A stretch of 64,000 nucleotides of DNA from a virus. Lineage: Duplodnaviria > Heunggongvirae > Uroviricota > Caudoviricetes. Of the stretch, positions 18,369-28,373 are shown in pieces. The stretch lies in IMG/VR virus record IMGVR_UViG_3300003310_000099, positions 106,295 to 170,294 of that record; one strand, given 5' to 3'. Positions within the stretch are counted from its first letter, which is position 1. The number at the start of each line of letters is the position of its first letter. A program made the translations under genes and the position numbers. Below the pieces are notes generated by a model. The model was not told where the DNA came from, made no database searches, and worked only from the letters and a program-made list of their open reading frames with translations.

Positions 18369-19013
18369 ATGAGCAATCTTATGGCTCAGAGGAAGGTTTT
18401 GGTACTCAATAGGGGCTGGAATCCTATTGCCGTTGTTAGCCTCGAAAAGGCTATGTGTCTCGTCGTGTCTACCTACAAGAACGATGAGCCAAAGGCTAGG
18501 ATCATGGACCCAACTACGGACTTCAAGCTTTACAGTTGGGAAGATTGGGCAAAGCTAATCCCAACGGAAGGCGAATTGACACTCCGTAGTGCCAAGGCCA
18601 ACTTCCGTATTCCTGAAATTATCTTGCTTAGCCGCTATAACAAGCTGCCACAGCAAAGAGTGCATTTCAGCCGTAGGACCATCTACCGTAGGGACGGCAA
18701 TCAGTGCCAGTATTGCGGGGCTAAGCCAGGGACCGCAGAATTGAGCATTGACCACGTTATCCCAAGGTCCAAGGGTGGTAAGACGGAATGGACCAACTGC
18801 GTCTTGGCTTGCACGAACTGCAATCGCAAGAAGGCAGACCGTATGCTCAGTTGGAGAAACACCGCTGACGAAGTAAATATGAAGCTTCTCAAGCAACCAA
18901 AGAAGCCAAAGTTCACTTTCTACAAGGGCGACTACCGTTGCAAGTCCTGGGAAAGTATCCTTGGAGTCTGTTATTGGGAAACTGAGCTAACCAATGACAT
19001 GGATGAAGCTTAA
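18369..19013 (+). CDS. HNH endonuclease (McrA/HNH_5-like)
   Basis: VLVLN, RD.NQCQYCG, SIDHVIPRSKGG, NCVLAC..CN.KK. Confidence 0.9.
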   Translation: MSNLMAQRKVLVLNRGWNPIAVVSLEKAMCLVVSTYKNDEPKARIMDPTTDFKLYSWEDWAKLIPTEGELTLRSAKANFRIPEIILLSRYNKLPQQRVHFSRRTIYRRDGNQCQYCGAKPGTAELSIDHVIPRSKGGKTEWTNCVLACTNCNRKKADRMLSWRNTADEVNMKLLKQPKKPKFTFYKGDYRCKSWESILGVCYWETELTNDMDEA

Positions 19014-19015
19014 CG

Positions 19016-19050
19016 AATAAGGGGTGATTAAATCACCCCTTATTTTTTTT
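19016..19050 (+). terminator. Intrinsic terminator between convergent units
   Basis: AATAAGGGGTGATT-A-AATCACCCCTTATT followed by a T run. Confidence 0.8.
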
Positions 19051-22000
19051 TAATTACCAGCTGATCCCTGCCCATAAGTCACTGTCCAAGGTGGACAAGC
19101 ACCAGAACTTGCACAAGTCGTACAGGTTGTAACACAAGCACAATTACATGGCGACGGTGCAGGTGGAGTTGGTCCTGGCAAACTTGCAGCCAATGCAGCA
19201 CCTATATAAACTTGTCTCAAATAAGCCTGGGCTGTAAATGGCTCTGGTGGTGGAGGCGGCGGTTCAGGCTCTGCCAAAGCAGCCGCTATAATGGTAAGCC
19301 CTCTATATATGTCAGCAGTCCAGCCAGCTTGCGGTGGAGGCTGATCCATAACCTCAAAGAAGAATTGAGTGATCTGTTCTAGTGGATTTGGCGGATCAAC
19401 GTTGAATACTTCTGCATATTCCTGTGTTACCCTCAAATCGGATGGGTTTACATCAAGAATATACTTCCTACGCATACCAATACCCTTGGTAGTAGTGTAT
19501 TGGTTCAATGGCGTACAATGCATTATAGAATAATTGGTTTGGCCAGTTGAATGTGTCTGGTGAATATCACCACGCAACCCATAAGTGCTTGGCCAAGTAA
19601 TCTTAACCAAACCATTTGCTCCTGTTGCACCACCACCAACTCCAAATGTACTTCCACCACCACCAGCACCACCACCTGGATAGCCGCCTGGACTACCAGC
19701 AGTGCTTGGTGTTCCACCCGCACCGCCTGTTCCACCGCCTGGAGCAGCACCACCGTCACCACCGCTAACAGGAGAACCAACAACCCCGTTATAACCGTCA
19801 ATACCATCTAATACGATATCGCCAGTGCTATTTGCAGCCAAACCACCTGTTCCAGCAGAACTTCCAGTTGCACCAACGCCGAAGTCTGCACTTACCTGGC
19901 CACTATTAAAATCAGATACAGTACCGTCTATGCCATTTCCTGTGCCACCAATACCAACTTGGACTGGATATGTTGTCGCAGGAGTAACGTTTAGTAAAGA
20001 TGCCGCATAAGCTGCACCACCACCGCCACCACCACTATTATTGCCTGCACTGCCATCACCACCACCGCCACCACCAGAAATACATTCAACATATATTTCT
20101 GTGACTTTTGCGGGCACAGTCCAATTCTGTGATTCAGTGAAACTTGCCTGAATCATTCTTCCGCAAAATGGGGGATTTGGTGGCACATCTGGAATATCTG
20201 CTGCCGCTAAACCAGCAGCATAAAGTGTGTATTTGGTGTATAATGGTGCTGTAAATGGTGTTGGTTGTGGAATATCTGCTGCCGCTAAACCAGCAGCATA
20301 TAGAACATATTTACTATACAATGGTGCTGTAAATGGTGTTGGTTGTGGCGAGTCTTCAGTGAATGCCCACTTCCTACGCATACCAATACCCTTGGTAGTT
20401 GTGAATTGGTTTATAGGACAATTATGGGAAATAGAATTACTAGTTTGCCCTGTAGTATGAGTTTGGTGAGCAATATGCCTGTTACCAAAACCTGGGATAC
20501 TTATACGCATCCAGCCAGGACCACCTAAACCGCCTGGACCGCCAACATCAGCACCACCACCGCCACCACCACCGCCAGCGCCAAAACCGCCATTACCGCC
20601 ACCAGCACCAACGCTATTATCGCCTTGTCCACCATTGCCGCCGAAGCCACCCGTTGGACTATCGCCACCATTACCACCAGTAGAGAATGTAAGTGGAGGA
20701 ACCCAACCAACACCAGGGAACCCGTCAGCACCATTGATTACAATATCACCAGTACCACTTCCACCAAGAGTTGCAAAGCCAGCATTACCAACAACTGTAA
20801 AGTCAAAATTAGTGTCTGATTCGGAGCCAGGACCGCCAACAGAAATAGTGTAAGTATTACCTGGAATTACAGGTACAATAGATTCAGCGTAACCGCCAGC
20901 ACCACCACCTCCACCACCTGGCCAACCTTCAGTTATACTGGTTGCACCACCGTTGCCGTTAGCACCTGCACCTTGGCATTGAACCCTAACAGAAGTAACA
21001 CCTGGAGGCGCGGTCCAAGTTGTATTTATGGTTTCTGAGGAAGGTATATAATCAGTGGTAATATAGTTACCACACAAAACAGGAGGTGGAGTAGGAGCAG
21101 GTTCAGGAAAAGCTGCCAATATAGCGGCAAGAAACCATTTTCTACGAAAACCAATACCTTTGGTAGTGGTCTGATTATTCATTCCTTGGCAATGTTGGAT
21201 GCTAAAATTGGTAGACTGTGTGGAATGAGTCTGATGGAAATTGCCATTTTGTCCAAATGTACTTGCGTGAGTGATTGTTATTAAACCATTAGCCCCAGCC
21301 CCACCTGGGAATGTGGTTGGATCATTAAATCCAGTTCCACCACCACCGCCACCACCTGCTACAAAACCTGGATTTCCTGCGGAAAAACTGCCACCATCAC
21401 CACCATTACCAGCAAATGCGCCGCTACCGCTACCGCCACTAGGATTTCCGCCGTCACTACCATTGCCGCCTGGACCAGCACAACCACCACCACCGCCTGC
21501 TATTTCGCTATTAACCGCCCCTGATTCGCCACCTGTGCCGCCATCAAATGCAACATCACCAAATCCAGTGCCACCATCACCACCTGCCAAATTTGGGACA
21601 CCAGTGCTGCCTTGACCATCATTGCCTGGACCGCCTGATGCCAAGAATCCGAAGTCAGTAGTAAATCCAGGTGTGCCAACAGTATAGGCAAATACATCAC
21701 CAGGAGTAACATTTAATAAAGATGCACCGTAGCCACCACCACCACCACCTGAGCCACCGTAATGACCATCAAAATCACCGCCATCACCACCATTACCGCC
21801 TGGACCATAGCATTCAACATATATTTGATGAACGCCTTCGGGGACCGTCCAATTACCTGAACCAGAGGTTAAATTAACAGATATTGGATGACCACAAATA
21901 GGTGGTGGAGGTGGTATGGGTGGAGGTGGCACAAGAGCCGCCGCCATTAATGGTTTATTTCTTGTGCTAATGCCCTTACTGGTAGTCCACTGATTAAGTG

Positions 22001-24035
22001 GGACACAGTGAGATATACTACTATTGGTTTGCCCTGTTTGGTGAGTCTGGTGATTAGCAGTTGGGTATCTTTGGGTTGAATATCCGCCTCTTCTACCAAA
22101 TTGGTTGACATAAAATACTCTTACCCAACCTTCACCACCAAATCCACCAGTAGCTCCTGCTGCGCCGCCTCCACCTCCACCACCACCTAACGTACCATCT
22201 TCGCCATCAATACCATAATCATTACCGCCAGCACCACCAAGCCCACCAGCACCAGGGCATTCTGGTGGTCCACCATCTTCACCTGGAGGGCCAAGATCAC
22301 AAGTTGGTCCAGGTTGGGGGCTAGTATCTCCAGCAACGAATATTTCACCACTATTGAAATCAATACCAGTTCCATCAATTACAATCGGATAACTTTGACC
22401 TGGAATAACACTGACAATATAATAAGAACATTCACCACCGTTACCCCCACAGCCGCCGAAGTCATCTCCACCTTGGGCACCACCTTCGCCATTACCCTGT
22501 ATTTGTAGGATTATTTCATAAACACCATAAGGTGCAACCCAAGTAAAATTATTTCCGTTGACGAAGGTTTGTTGTTTGAATGGTTGGTTAAGATTATATA
22601 CTACATCAAAATTTTCAGGGTCGGAACATGGTTGCGGCGAAGGCGACGGTATTAACGTAGGTGGGAATGGACCAGCCAATCCCGCCGCAATAATAGGCTT
22701 CCTTCTTAAACCAATGCCCGTTGTAGTTGTGTATTGATTAAGGGGAGTATTATGAGATATTGAGTTATTAGTCTGTCCTGTATTATGTCTGCGGTGGATT
22801 TTTTGTTGCCATCCTAATCCAGCACATAATTGCACTATACCTAAACCTGGACCGCCCTGGCCAGGAGTGCCAGAAGTTTCGGTATTACCACCAGCACCAC
22901 CGCCACCTGCACCAATACCTTGTCCATCTTCACCATTAGTATCACCATCCCAAATACCACCTGCCGCCCCGCCGCAGCCAATACCGCCACTATAATTTCC
23001 GAATCCCTCATCAATGCTAGGACTACCCATGCCGCCATTTATAGTATAATCACCAGTAGCAGTACCACCTTGCGGCGTGCCACCCGCTCCACCATAAGCC
23101 CCACCAGAATCCGTGCCAGCGTCAGTGACATTGACGGGTATAGTGTCAGGAAAAACAGGGTCCAGAATTGTTTCGTCTATAGCAAAACCACCACAACCAC
23201 CACCTTCGCCCGACTCACCACCACCACCACCACGACCATAAGCATAAGTGACCGCTCTTACAATTCCTCTAGGCACTCTAACAGTAGCAAAGGTATTGGC
23301 AGGGAAGATTGCATCTTGGACTATAATGGTTCGATAAGGGAAGTCGCAAATAGGACGTGGCGTATAATAAAAACTACATAATGTAGTTCCCCACTCAGGA
23401 CCGAAAGCATTGTTGTCAATTACTTTTGTAGCGTTATAGGTTCCAATGGCTGTTGTTGAAAGATAGCCGTCATTTAAGACGACATTTTCATCAAAAATAG
23501 GATCAATTTGTTCGGTGCCATCAGTGAAACCGCCGCCCCATGCTCCAGCCAAATCAACTTGGTGAAATACTTGGAGAGCAGCGTAAAAGAATTCATTAGG
23601 GTCGATGGAGGCTGTAGCATTAGCGGTATCCGCTGGACTCTCCTGACCGAAACTGCCAGAAGATACATCCAAATGCCAGTTAATATCACCAGCATTGGCT
23701 CTTACGACTCGATATATGATTTGTGTGTCGTTAGGATTGCCAGTGAAATTAAATGTCAATACGTCATTGACGCCTAGAAACCCCAAAGCATTATCTAAGT
23801 ACCAAGTCTCAATGTAAACGTCGTGATCGTTGAATGCACCGCCAACCGCTGCTTGACTTAACGAGGTCAATACACCAGTATTATTGGTAATGGAACTGAC
23901 TTCAGTTCCATTACCAATATGTGCAACAGTTACAATAAGTAAATCATGCGGGAGGAGGTTAAGTAAAACAGTTCCAGTGCCAGTTGCACCGAATGTCTGA
24001 CTTTCTGTTCCCGCAACGAAAGTCGTAAACGGCAT
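19050..24035 (-). CDS. Large glycine-rich fibre-like protein with five His-triad linker repeats
   Basis: Repeated WT(V/A)P.GV..I.V.C.G.GG.G ... V.PG..Y glycine-rich modules separated by HQTH.TGQTN.SI.H..PLNQ.TTTKGIG.RRK. Confidence 0.65.
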   Translation of the reverse strand: MPFTTFVAGTESQTFGATGTGTVLLNLLPHDLLIVTVAHIGNGTEVSSITNNTGVLTSLSQAAVGGAFNDHDVYIETWYLDNALGFLGVNDVLTFNFTGNPNDTQIIYRVVRANAGDINWHLDVSSGSFGQESPADTANATASIDPNEFFYAALQVFHQVDLAGAWGGGFTDGTEQIDPIFDENVVLNDGYLSTTAIGTYNATKVIDNNAFGPEWGTTLCSFYYTPRPICDFPYRTIIVQDAIFPANTFATVRVPRGIVRAVTYAYGRGGGGGESGEGGGCGGFAIDETILDPVFPDTIPVNVTDAGTDSGGAYGGAGGTPQGGTATGDYTINGGMGSPSIDEGFGNYSGGIGCGGAAGGIWDGDTNGEDGQGIGAGGGGAGGNTETSGTPGQGGPGLGIVQLCAGLGWQQKIHRRHNTGQTNNSISHNTPLNQYTTTTGIGLRRKPIIAAGLAGPFPPTLIPSPSPQPCSDPENFDVVYNLNQPFKQQTFVNGNNFTWVAPYGVYEIILQIQGNGEGGAQGGDDFGGCGGNGGECSYYIVSVIPGQSYPIVIDGTGIDFNSGEIFVAGDTSPQPGPTCDLGPPGEDGGPPECPGAGGLGGAGGNDYGIDGEDGTLGGGGGGGGAAGATGGFGGEGWVRVFYVNQFGRRGGYSTQRYPTANHQTHQTGQTNSSISHCVPLNQWTTSKGISTRNKPLMAAALVPPPPIPPPPPICGHPISVNLTSGSGNWTVPEGVHQIYVECYGPGGNGGDGGDFDGHYGGSGGGGGGYGASLLNVTPGDVFAYTVGTPGFTTDFGFLASGGPGNDGQGSTGVPNLAGGDGGTGFGDVAFDGGTGGESGAVNSEIAGGGGGCAGPGGNGSDGGNPSGGSGSGAFAGNGGDGGSFSAGNPGFVAGGGGGGGTGFNDPTTFPGGAGANGLITITHASTFGQNGNFHQTHSTQSTNFSIQHCQGMNNQTTTKGIGFRRKWFLAAILAAFPEPAPTPPPVLCGNYITTDYIPSSETINTTWTAPPGVTSVRVQCQGAGANGNGGATSITEGWPGGGGGGAGGYAESIVPVIPGNTYTISVGGPGSESDTNFDFTVVGNAGFATLGGSGTGDIVINGADGFPGVGWVPPLTFSTGGNGGDSPTGGFGGNGGQGDNSVGAGGGNGGFGAGGGGGGGGADVGGPGGLGGPGWMRISIPGFGNRHIAHQTHTTGQTSNSISHNCPINQFTTTKGIGMRRKWAFTEDSPQPTPFTAPLYSKYVLYAAGLAAADIPQPTPFTAPLYTKYTLYAAGLAAADIPDVPPNPPFCGRMIQASFTESQNWTVPAKVTEIYVECISGGGGGGDGSAGNNSGGGGGGAAYAASLLNVTPATTYPVQVGIGGTGNGIDGTVSDFNSGQVSADFGVGATGSSAGTGGLAANSTGDIVLDGIDGYNGVVGSPVSGGDGGAAPGGGTGGAGGTPSTAGSPGGYPGGGAGGGGSTFGVGGGATGANGLVKITWPSTYGLRGDIHQTHSTGQTNYSIMHCTPLNQYTTTKGIGMRRKYILDVNPSDLRVTQEYAEVFNVDPPNPLEQITQFFFEVMDQPPPQAGWTADIYRGLTIIAAALAEPEPPPPPPEPFTAQAYLRQVYIGAALAASLPGPTPPAPSPCNCACVTTCTTCASSGACPPWTVTYGQGSAGN
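20191..20348. repeat. 78-bp tandem duplication within the fibre gene
   Basis: Two near-identical copies encoding PQPTPFTAPLY.KY.LYAAGLAAADI. Confidence 0.85.
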
Positions 24036-24049
24036 CTACCTCCCAAAGA

Positions 24050-24478
24050 TTATACAGTCGAAAGCTTCTTGCCTTCAAAGATTACAGTGAAGTTAGCTGG
24101 CGTTGAATCCAAAGCATCACCAGTGCTATTGACAACCATTAGTTGCCAACGAGAAGGCAATACTTCAATACTCATAGATACAGTGTAATCTGTGGCATTA
24201 TCGACTGCTGGGAAGTTGTCGATCAAGGTTGCTGTTGTTGGGTTGTCGGTGTCAAATGCTGTACCAGTGCCATCCAAACAACGAAGCATGTAAACATCTA
24301 GTGTGCCGCTGCCCGATACGGCTGCGCCTGTTCGGAAGGTAATCTGAACATCTGCACCAATATACAAAGTGCTGGAGTTGTTGATCGTGCTAGAAACCGC
24401 AGAGTCACCATCTGCCAAGCTCGCTAGGGTAATAGTAATCGCCTGATTACTCGTTAATAATTGCTGGATTGTTGCCAT
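24050..24478 (-). CDS. Hypothetical (probably structural) protein
   Basis: 142 aa, Thr/Ser/beta-rich, SD-like AGGAG upstream. Confidence 0.65.
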   Translation of the reverse strand: MATIQQLLTSNQAITITLASLADGDSAVSSTINNSSTLYIGADVQITFRTGAAVSGSGTLDVYMLRCLDGTGTAFDTDNPTTATLIDNFPAVDNATDYTVSMSIEVLPSRWQLMVVNSTGDALDSTPANFTVIFEGKKLSTV

Positions 24479-24550
24479 AATTCTCCTAATTTAATAAAAT
24501 TTAATAGGCTCTGAGTTATATATCCGCCTACTTATTATTTTGAATCATTC

Positions 24551-26365
24551 TTATTGCAAATATGAAGGACATTTACAAGTCCTTATAGTTTGCATTGTAG
24601 GTGGCAGTATAATAGGTGGCGGCTCAAATGCAGCAAACACCTTTCTTCTCATGCTAATACCTTTAGTTGTAGTTTGCTTATTTAAAGGAACGCAGTGCGG
24701 TATACTGAAGTTGGTTTGGCCAGTTTGATGAGTCTGGTGTATTGAACTTGGGTAATTGTTATCAGTCTCCGTAAATGCACCAAACTGCTTAACAGTAAAT
24801 ATACGAACAAATCCTTCACCGCCATAACCACCAAATGCACCAGCACCACCACCGCCACCACCACCGCCTAATACACCATCTTCGCCATCAATGCCGTACC
24901 ATGTACCGCCAGCACCGCCGTAACCGTTATCACCACCAGCTTGTGGGCAAAATGGCCAATCGCCATCTGTTCCTGGAGGGTCAGGACCACAAACCCCAAA
25001 ATTGCCTGGTGATGTATCTCCAGCCACAAATATTTCACCACTGTTAAAATCAATGCCAGTACCATCAATTACGATAGGATAGCTTTGCCCTGGAATTACT
25101 TGAACAACATAGTAACCACATCCACCAGCAACGCCGCCACAACCACCCTGATCGTCGCCACCTTGTTGTCCACCACCACCGTTGCCCTGGATAAATAGTA
25201 TTATTTCATATACACCATAGGGTGCAACCCAAGTGAAGTTTTCGCCGTGAGCGAAAGTTTCTACGTTGTATATCTTATTCGAATCAGGGAAATTATCTCC
25301 CAAATTGCAAACTGGTCCCTTAAATGGATTTGGATAAGCAAAATAGCACCAAGTTATTTTTACAAGTCCTGGCAGTCCATCTTCGCCTTGGCCACCATTT
25401 ACGCCACCATAGCCACCACCACCGCCACCTACGCCCCAACCAGTGCCTAAACTGCCATTACCACCAGTAATAGGACTCGGAAAGCCGCCTGAACCGCCAT
25501 CCCCAAATTGGCTATTACCGCCTTGACCACCATAACCCTCTGTAAAACCTATAAATCCGTCTTGTCCATCTATAGTAACATCACCACTAGACCCAGCCGC
25601 AGTGCCGCCACTGGTGCCAGATGCAGCTTCAGCACTTACAGTTACAGACCCGACGCATTCGCTACTGCTACTGTCGATGGTGATACTAAATAGTTCAAGT
25701 GCTGTAACAGCAATTGTTGAGTAAGCATAAGCACCAGCCCCACCACCTTGCCCGCCTGTTAATGTGGTGCCATCTGCACCCTGACCGCCACTACCAATAC
25801 ACTCTACTAAAATAGAAGTAACACCTGGCGGGACATAGAAATCATAAGTAATGGTTTCAGATGGCTCTCCATATATGATACGGGTGCCAGTTTCATGTTG
25901 GCAAACTAAAGGAGTTACGGGCGGCACAGGCAAAGCTCCAGCTGCCGCCGCAGCAAACACCTTCCTTCTCATGCCAATACCTTTGGTAGTCGTCCACTGA
26001 TTTAACGGATTATCATGCGGTATTGAATCATTGGTTTGTCCTGTATCGTGTCGCTGATGGATATTCCCACGATAACCAAATGGTGGAAGTGGGGATGGAG
26101 CAGGCATAGGAATCAGAACTTCAACCGCAATTTGTGTAACAAGGGCATTGGGATCGGCAGAACCAAGAGTTTCAACTGCATTTTGAGTTACACGAATGTT
26201 TGGATCGGCAGAACCAAGAGTTTCAACTGCATTTTGAGTTACGCGCGCATTGGGATTACCAGCACCAAAAACTTCCACCGCATTTTGTGTGACTAGCACA
26301 TTTGTAGTCGATGAAGTTTCAGCAAGTATTAAATCGCCTAGTTCGGCTGGTAGGATACTACTCAT
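24551..26365 (-). CDS. Glycine-rich fibre-like protein, paralog of 19050-24035
   Basis: Two glycine-rich modules, two His-triad linkers, N-terminal VTQ.AVE repeats. Confidence 0.65.
   Translation of the reverse strand: MSSILPAELGDLILAETSSTTNVLVTQNAVEVFGAGNPNARVTQNAVETLGSADPNIRVTQNAVETLGSADPNALVTQIAVEVLIPMPAPSPLPPFGYRGNIHQRHDTGQTNDSIPHDNPLNQWTTTKGIGMRRKVFAAAAAGALPVPPVTPLVCQHETGTRIIYGEPSETITYDFYVPPGVTSILVECIGSGGQGADGTTLTGGQGGGAGAYAYSTIAVTALELFSITIDSSSSECVGSVTVSAEAASGTSGGTAAGSSGDVTIDGQDGFIGFTEGYGGQGGNSQFGDGGSGGFPSPITGGNGSLGTGWGVGGGGGGYGGVNGGQGEDGLPGLVKITWCYFAYPNPFKGPVCNLGDNFPDSNKIYNVETFAHGENFTWVAPYGVYEIILFIQGNGGGGQQGGDDQGGCGGVAGGCGYYVVQVIPGQSYPIVIDGTGIDFNSGEIFVAGDTSPGNFGVCGPDPPGTDGDWPFCPQAGGDNGYGGAGGTWYGIDGEDGVLGGGGGGGGAGAFGGYGGEGFVRIFTVKQFGAFTETDNNYPSSIHQTHQTGQTNFSIPHCVPLNKQTTTKGISMRRKVFAAFEPPPIILPPTMQTIRTCKCPSYLQ
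26118..26303. repeat. 51-bp (17 aa) tandem repeat, about 4 copies
   Basis: VTQNAVETLGSADPN.R units; identical 41-bp core at 26151 and 26202. Confidence 0.85.
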
Positions 26366-26372
26366 TGTCTCC

Positions 26373-27326
26373 TTATGTTATTTCCCATGATAATAGTGTT
26401 GCACCAACATTGCCCTGATTAGCTTCATTGCCTACATGGAAACCAACATTATCAGGATTAGTAACAAAACCATCTCGGTCAAAAGTATGAAAATGAGCAA
26501 AATTAAACCCATCAAAACTATTGCTAACCGCTATGTCTGTTCCGTCATCAAAAATTCTTAACCAAACTAGCGGTCCTGAAATTGGAGTGTTTGCTTGTAC
26601 TACAGTTGAAGAATAAGTCGTCGGGTTTGTTAGGTTGAATATGCCAAGTTCATTTGGAGTTTGGCCATATTGTATCGTGGTTAATGTTCCAGTCGAAGAA
26701 TCACGAATAAATATTCCACATCCGCAATAATTAAAACGATTCATACAAGGAGTGAGAGCAACTGTTAATGTGTATGGTGTTGCGGGCATTGCCATATATC
26801 TTGCTGAAGTACCGCCATTATTGCCAGGCACCGACAAGTGGATTCCACCATTCACTTCCGAAACAGTAGATGCACCTTGATTCAACCATGTAAAATCACC
26901 GTTTACTGGTGGCACAAAGCGATAAACTGGTCCAAATGTCTGCCAGACAGAACCAGTATCACGATAAAACAATACACCATTGGTTGGCCAATAAGTAACT
27001 CCTTCTTGAGTATTAGCAGGCAAATTGGCAACTGTATCAGACTGTACGTTATCTGCTCTAAATTGCTGCAATGCACCAGCAGTCAATACTTGAGAAACTG
27101 TTGCACCATTAGCATGACTTGCGGCAGTTGTGCCTTCAATACCCCTAGTTACAGTCCAGTTTGGAGTGCCAGCCCCACCAGTAACCAACAGAAGTTCAGA
27201 ATCAATCTTAATTCTATAATTTTCGTCGGGTGAAAATGGCGTTTCATCAACAACCGTTAAACTGGTCTGCACATTGTCAATGCCACCCGATAATGTCGTG
27301 GTCGCATTATTTGCAAATTGCTCCAT
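26373..27326 (-). CDS. Putative virion structural protein, paralog family A
   Basis: MEQFANNATTTL ... YRIKIDSELLLVT ... WTVTRGIEGT; lectin-like C-domain as in 5015/6060/8534. Confidence 0.6.
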   Translation of the reverse strand: MEQFANNATTTLSGGIDNVQTSLTVVDETPFSPDENYRIKIDSELLLVTGGAGTPNWTVTRGIEGTTAASHANGATVSQVLTAGALQQFRADNVQSDTVANLPANTQEGVTYWPTNGVLFYRDTGSVWQTFGPVYRFVPPVNGDFTWLNQGASTVSEVNGGIHLSVPGNNGGTSARYMAMPATPYTLTVALTPCMNRFNYCGCGIFIRDSSTGTLTTIQYGQTPNELGIFNLTNPTTYSSTVVQANTPISGPLVWLRIFDDGTDIAVSNSFDGFNFAHFHTFDRDGFVTNPDNVGFHVGNEANQGNVGATLLSWEIT

Positions 27327-27338
27327 ATGTTTCCTTTA

Positions 27339-28343
27339 TTAGCTAATTACTTCTTGACCAAATTCTGCTGCATTGACCCCAGCTACTACCCAAGCGGCAG
27401 AAGTATCAGGGTCTTCTTCATAAACCTGAACCGTGGTAGCATAATTATCGAGAACGGAGAACGTATTCCCCGTATAATCCGTGCCACCCGAACGAACAAC
27501 TGGCGCAATCTCTCTAGCTCCTGCATTGTCTTTACGATTAAGGATATTAACCTGCAACCCCTTAATGCCTGTAGTAATTCCAGTCAAATTACCAAATGCG
27601 TAAGTGTCCACATCGCCTGGCGTACTACTCGAAACATAAGAGGTATCACCATCTGGTGGGATTTCATTAACTTCAGAGAAGTTTGGTGGGGTTAGAGGAG
27701 TCCAATCTGTAGTTGTTCCTGCACCTGTTGGCATAATAGCTTCAACTCGATTATCGCCAAGGAAGTCATTATTTACAGCACCTGTAGTATCACAAATATA
27801 AACATCATCATACTCGCAATGGTCAGACAGAGCAAAGAATTTAAAATTGTTAGAATTAGCATTGCCAGTAGTTTGCGTGTTAACATTTGTTACATTTATA
27901 TCTTGTACACCGTTTACCAGCACTTCAACACTCCCTGTGGATGAATTAATCGTTCCTTTTACCTCGATGTAATACCAAACACCATTAAGTAGAGTTGCTG
28001 ATCCGCTACTTCCCGTGATAAAATTGCCATTTTGAGTTGCATAAAGTTGTCCACTCGCACCAACTCGAATATCAAGTTGTGTAGTGCCGCCATCCATAAA
28101 TGCTACGACACCTTCTGTTAAATTATTGTTTTTCTTGTAGCCAAAACCGATGATCCAAGTGCTTAAAGGGGCAAATGATTGCCATTGAAGAGTGTTTTGA
28201 CAACGTATAGAGTATCCAGCAATACGTCCAGCACGAAGAGTACAACTTGCCGCTGATGCATATTTGTACGCCAGATAAGCATCTATGTTATTGGTTAATG
28301 TTGTGTCAAACGTCTCAAATCCTTCTATCCATCTTAGTGCCAT
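27339..28343 (-). CDS. Putative virion structural protein, paralog family B (EGF(D/E) N-terminus, ConA/LamG-like)
   Basis: MALRWIEGFET; WYYIEVK, DDVYICD.TG..NN.F.G, P.G.G, P.T..AW, G; shared with 28374 and 29857. Confidence 0.6.
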   Translation of the reverse strand: MALRWIEGFETFDTTLTNNIDAYLAYKYASAASCTLRAGRIAGYSIRCQNTLQWQSFAPLSTWIIGFGYKKNNNLTEGVVAFMDGGTTQLDIRVGASGQLYATQNGNFITGSSGSATLLNGVWYYIEVKGTINSSTGSVEVLVNGVQDINVTNVNTQTTGNANSNNFKFFALSDHCEYDDVYICDTTGAVNNDFLGDNRVEAIMPTGAGTTTDWTPLTPPNFSEVNEIPPDGDTSYVSSSTPGDVDTYAFGNLTGITTGIKGLQVNILNRKDNAGAREIAPVVRSGGTDYTGNTFSVLDNYATTVQVYEEDPDTSAAWVVAGVNAAEFGQEVIS

Positions 28344-28373
28344 AATAATCTTCCTTTATTTTATATATATTTC

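Noticed and set aside
19523-26296. Many short and opposite-strand ORFs within the Gly-rich genes
   Set aside because: These are shadow frames of GGN/CCN-rich codons inside long ORFs, and they have no independent signals.
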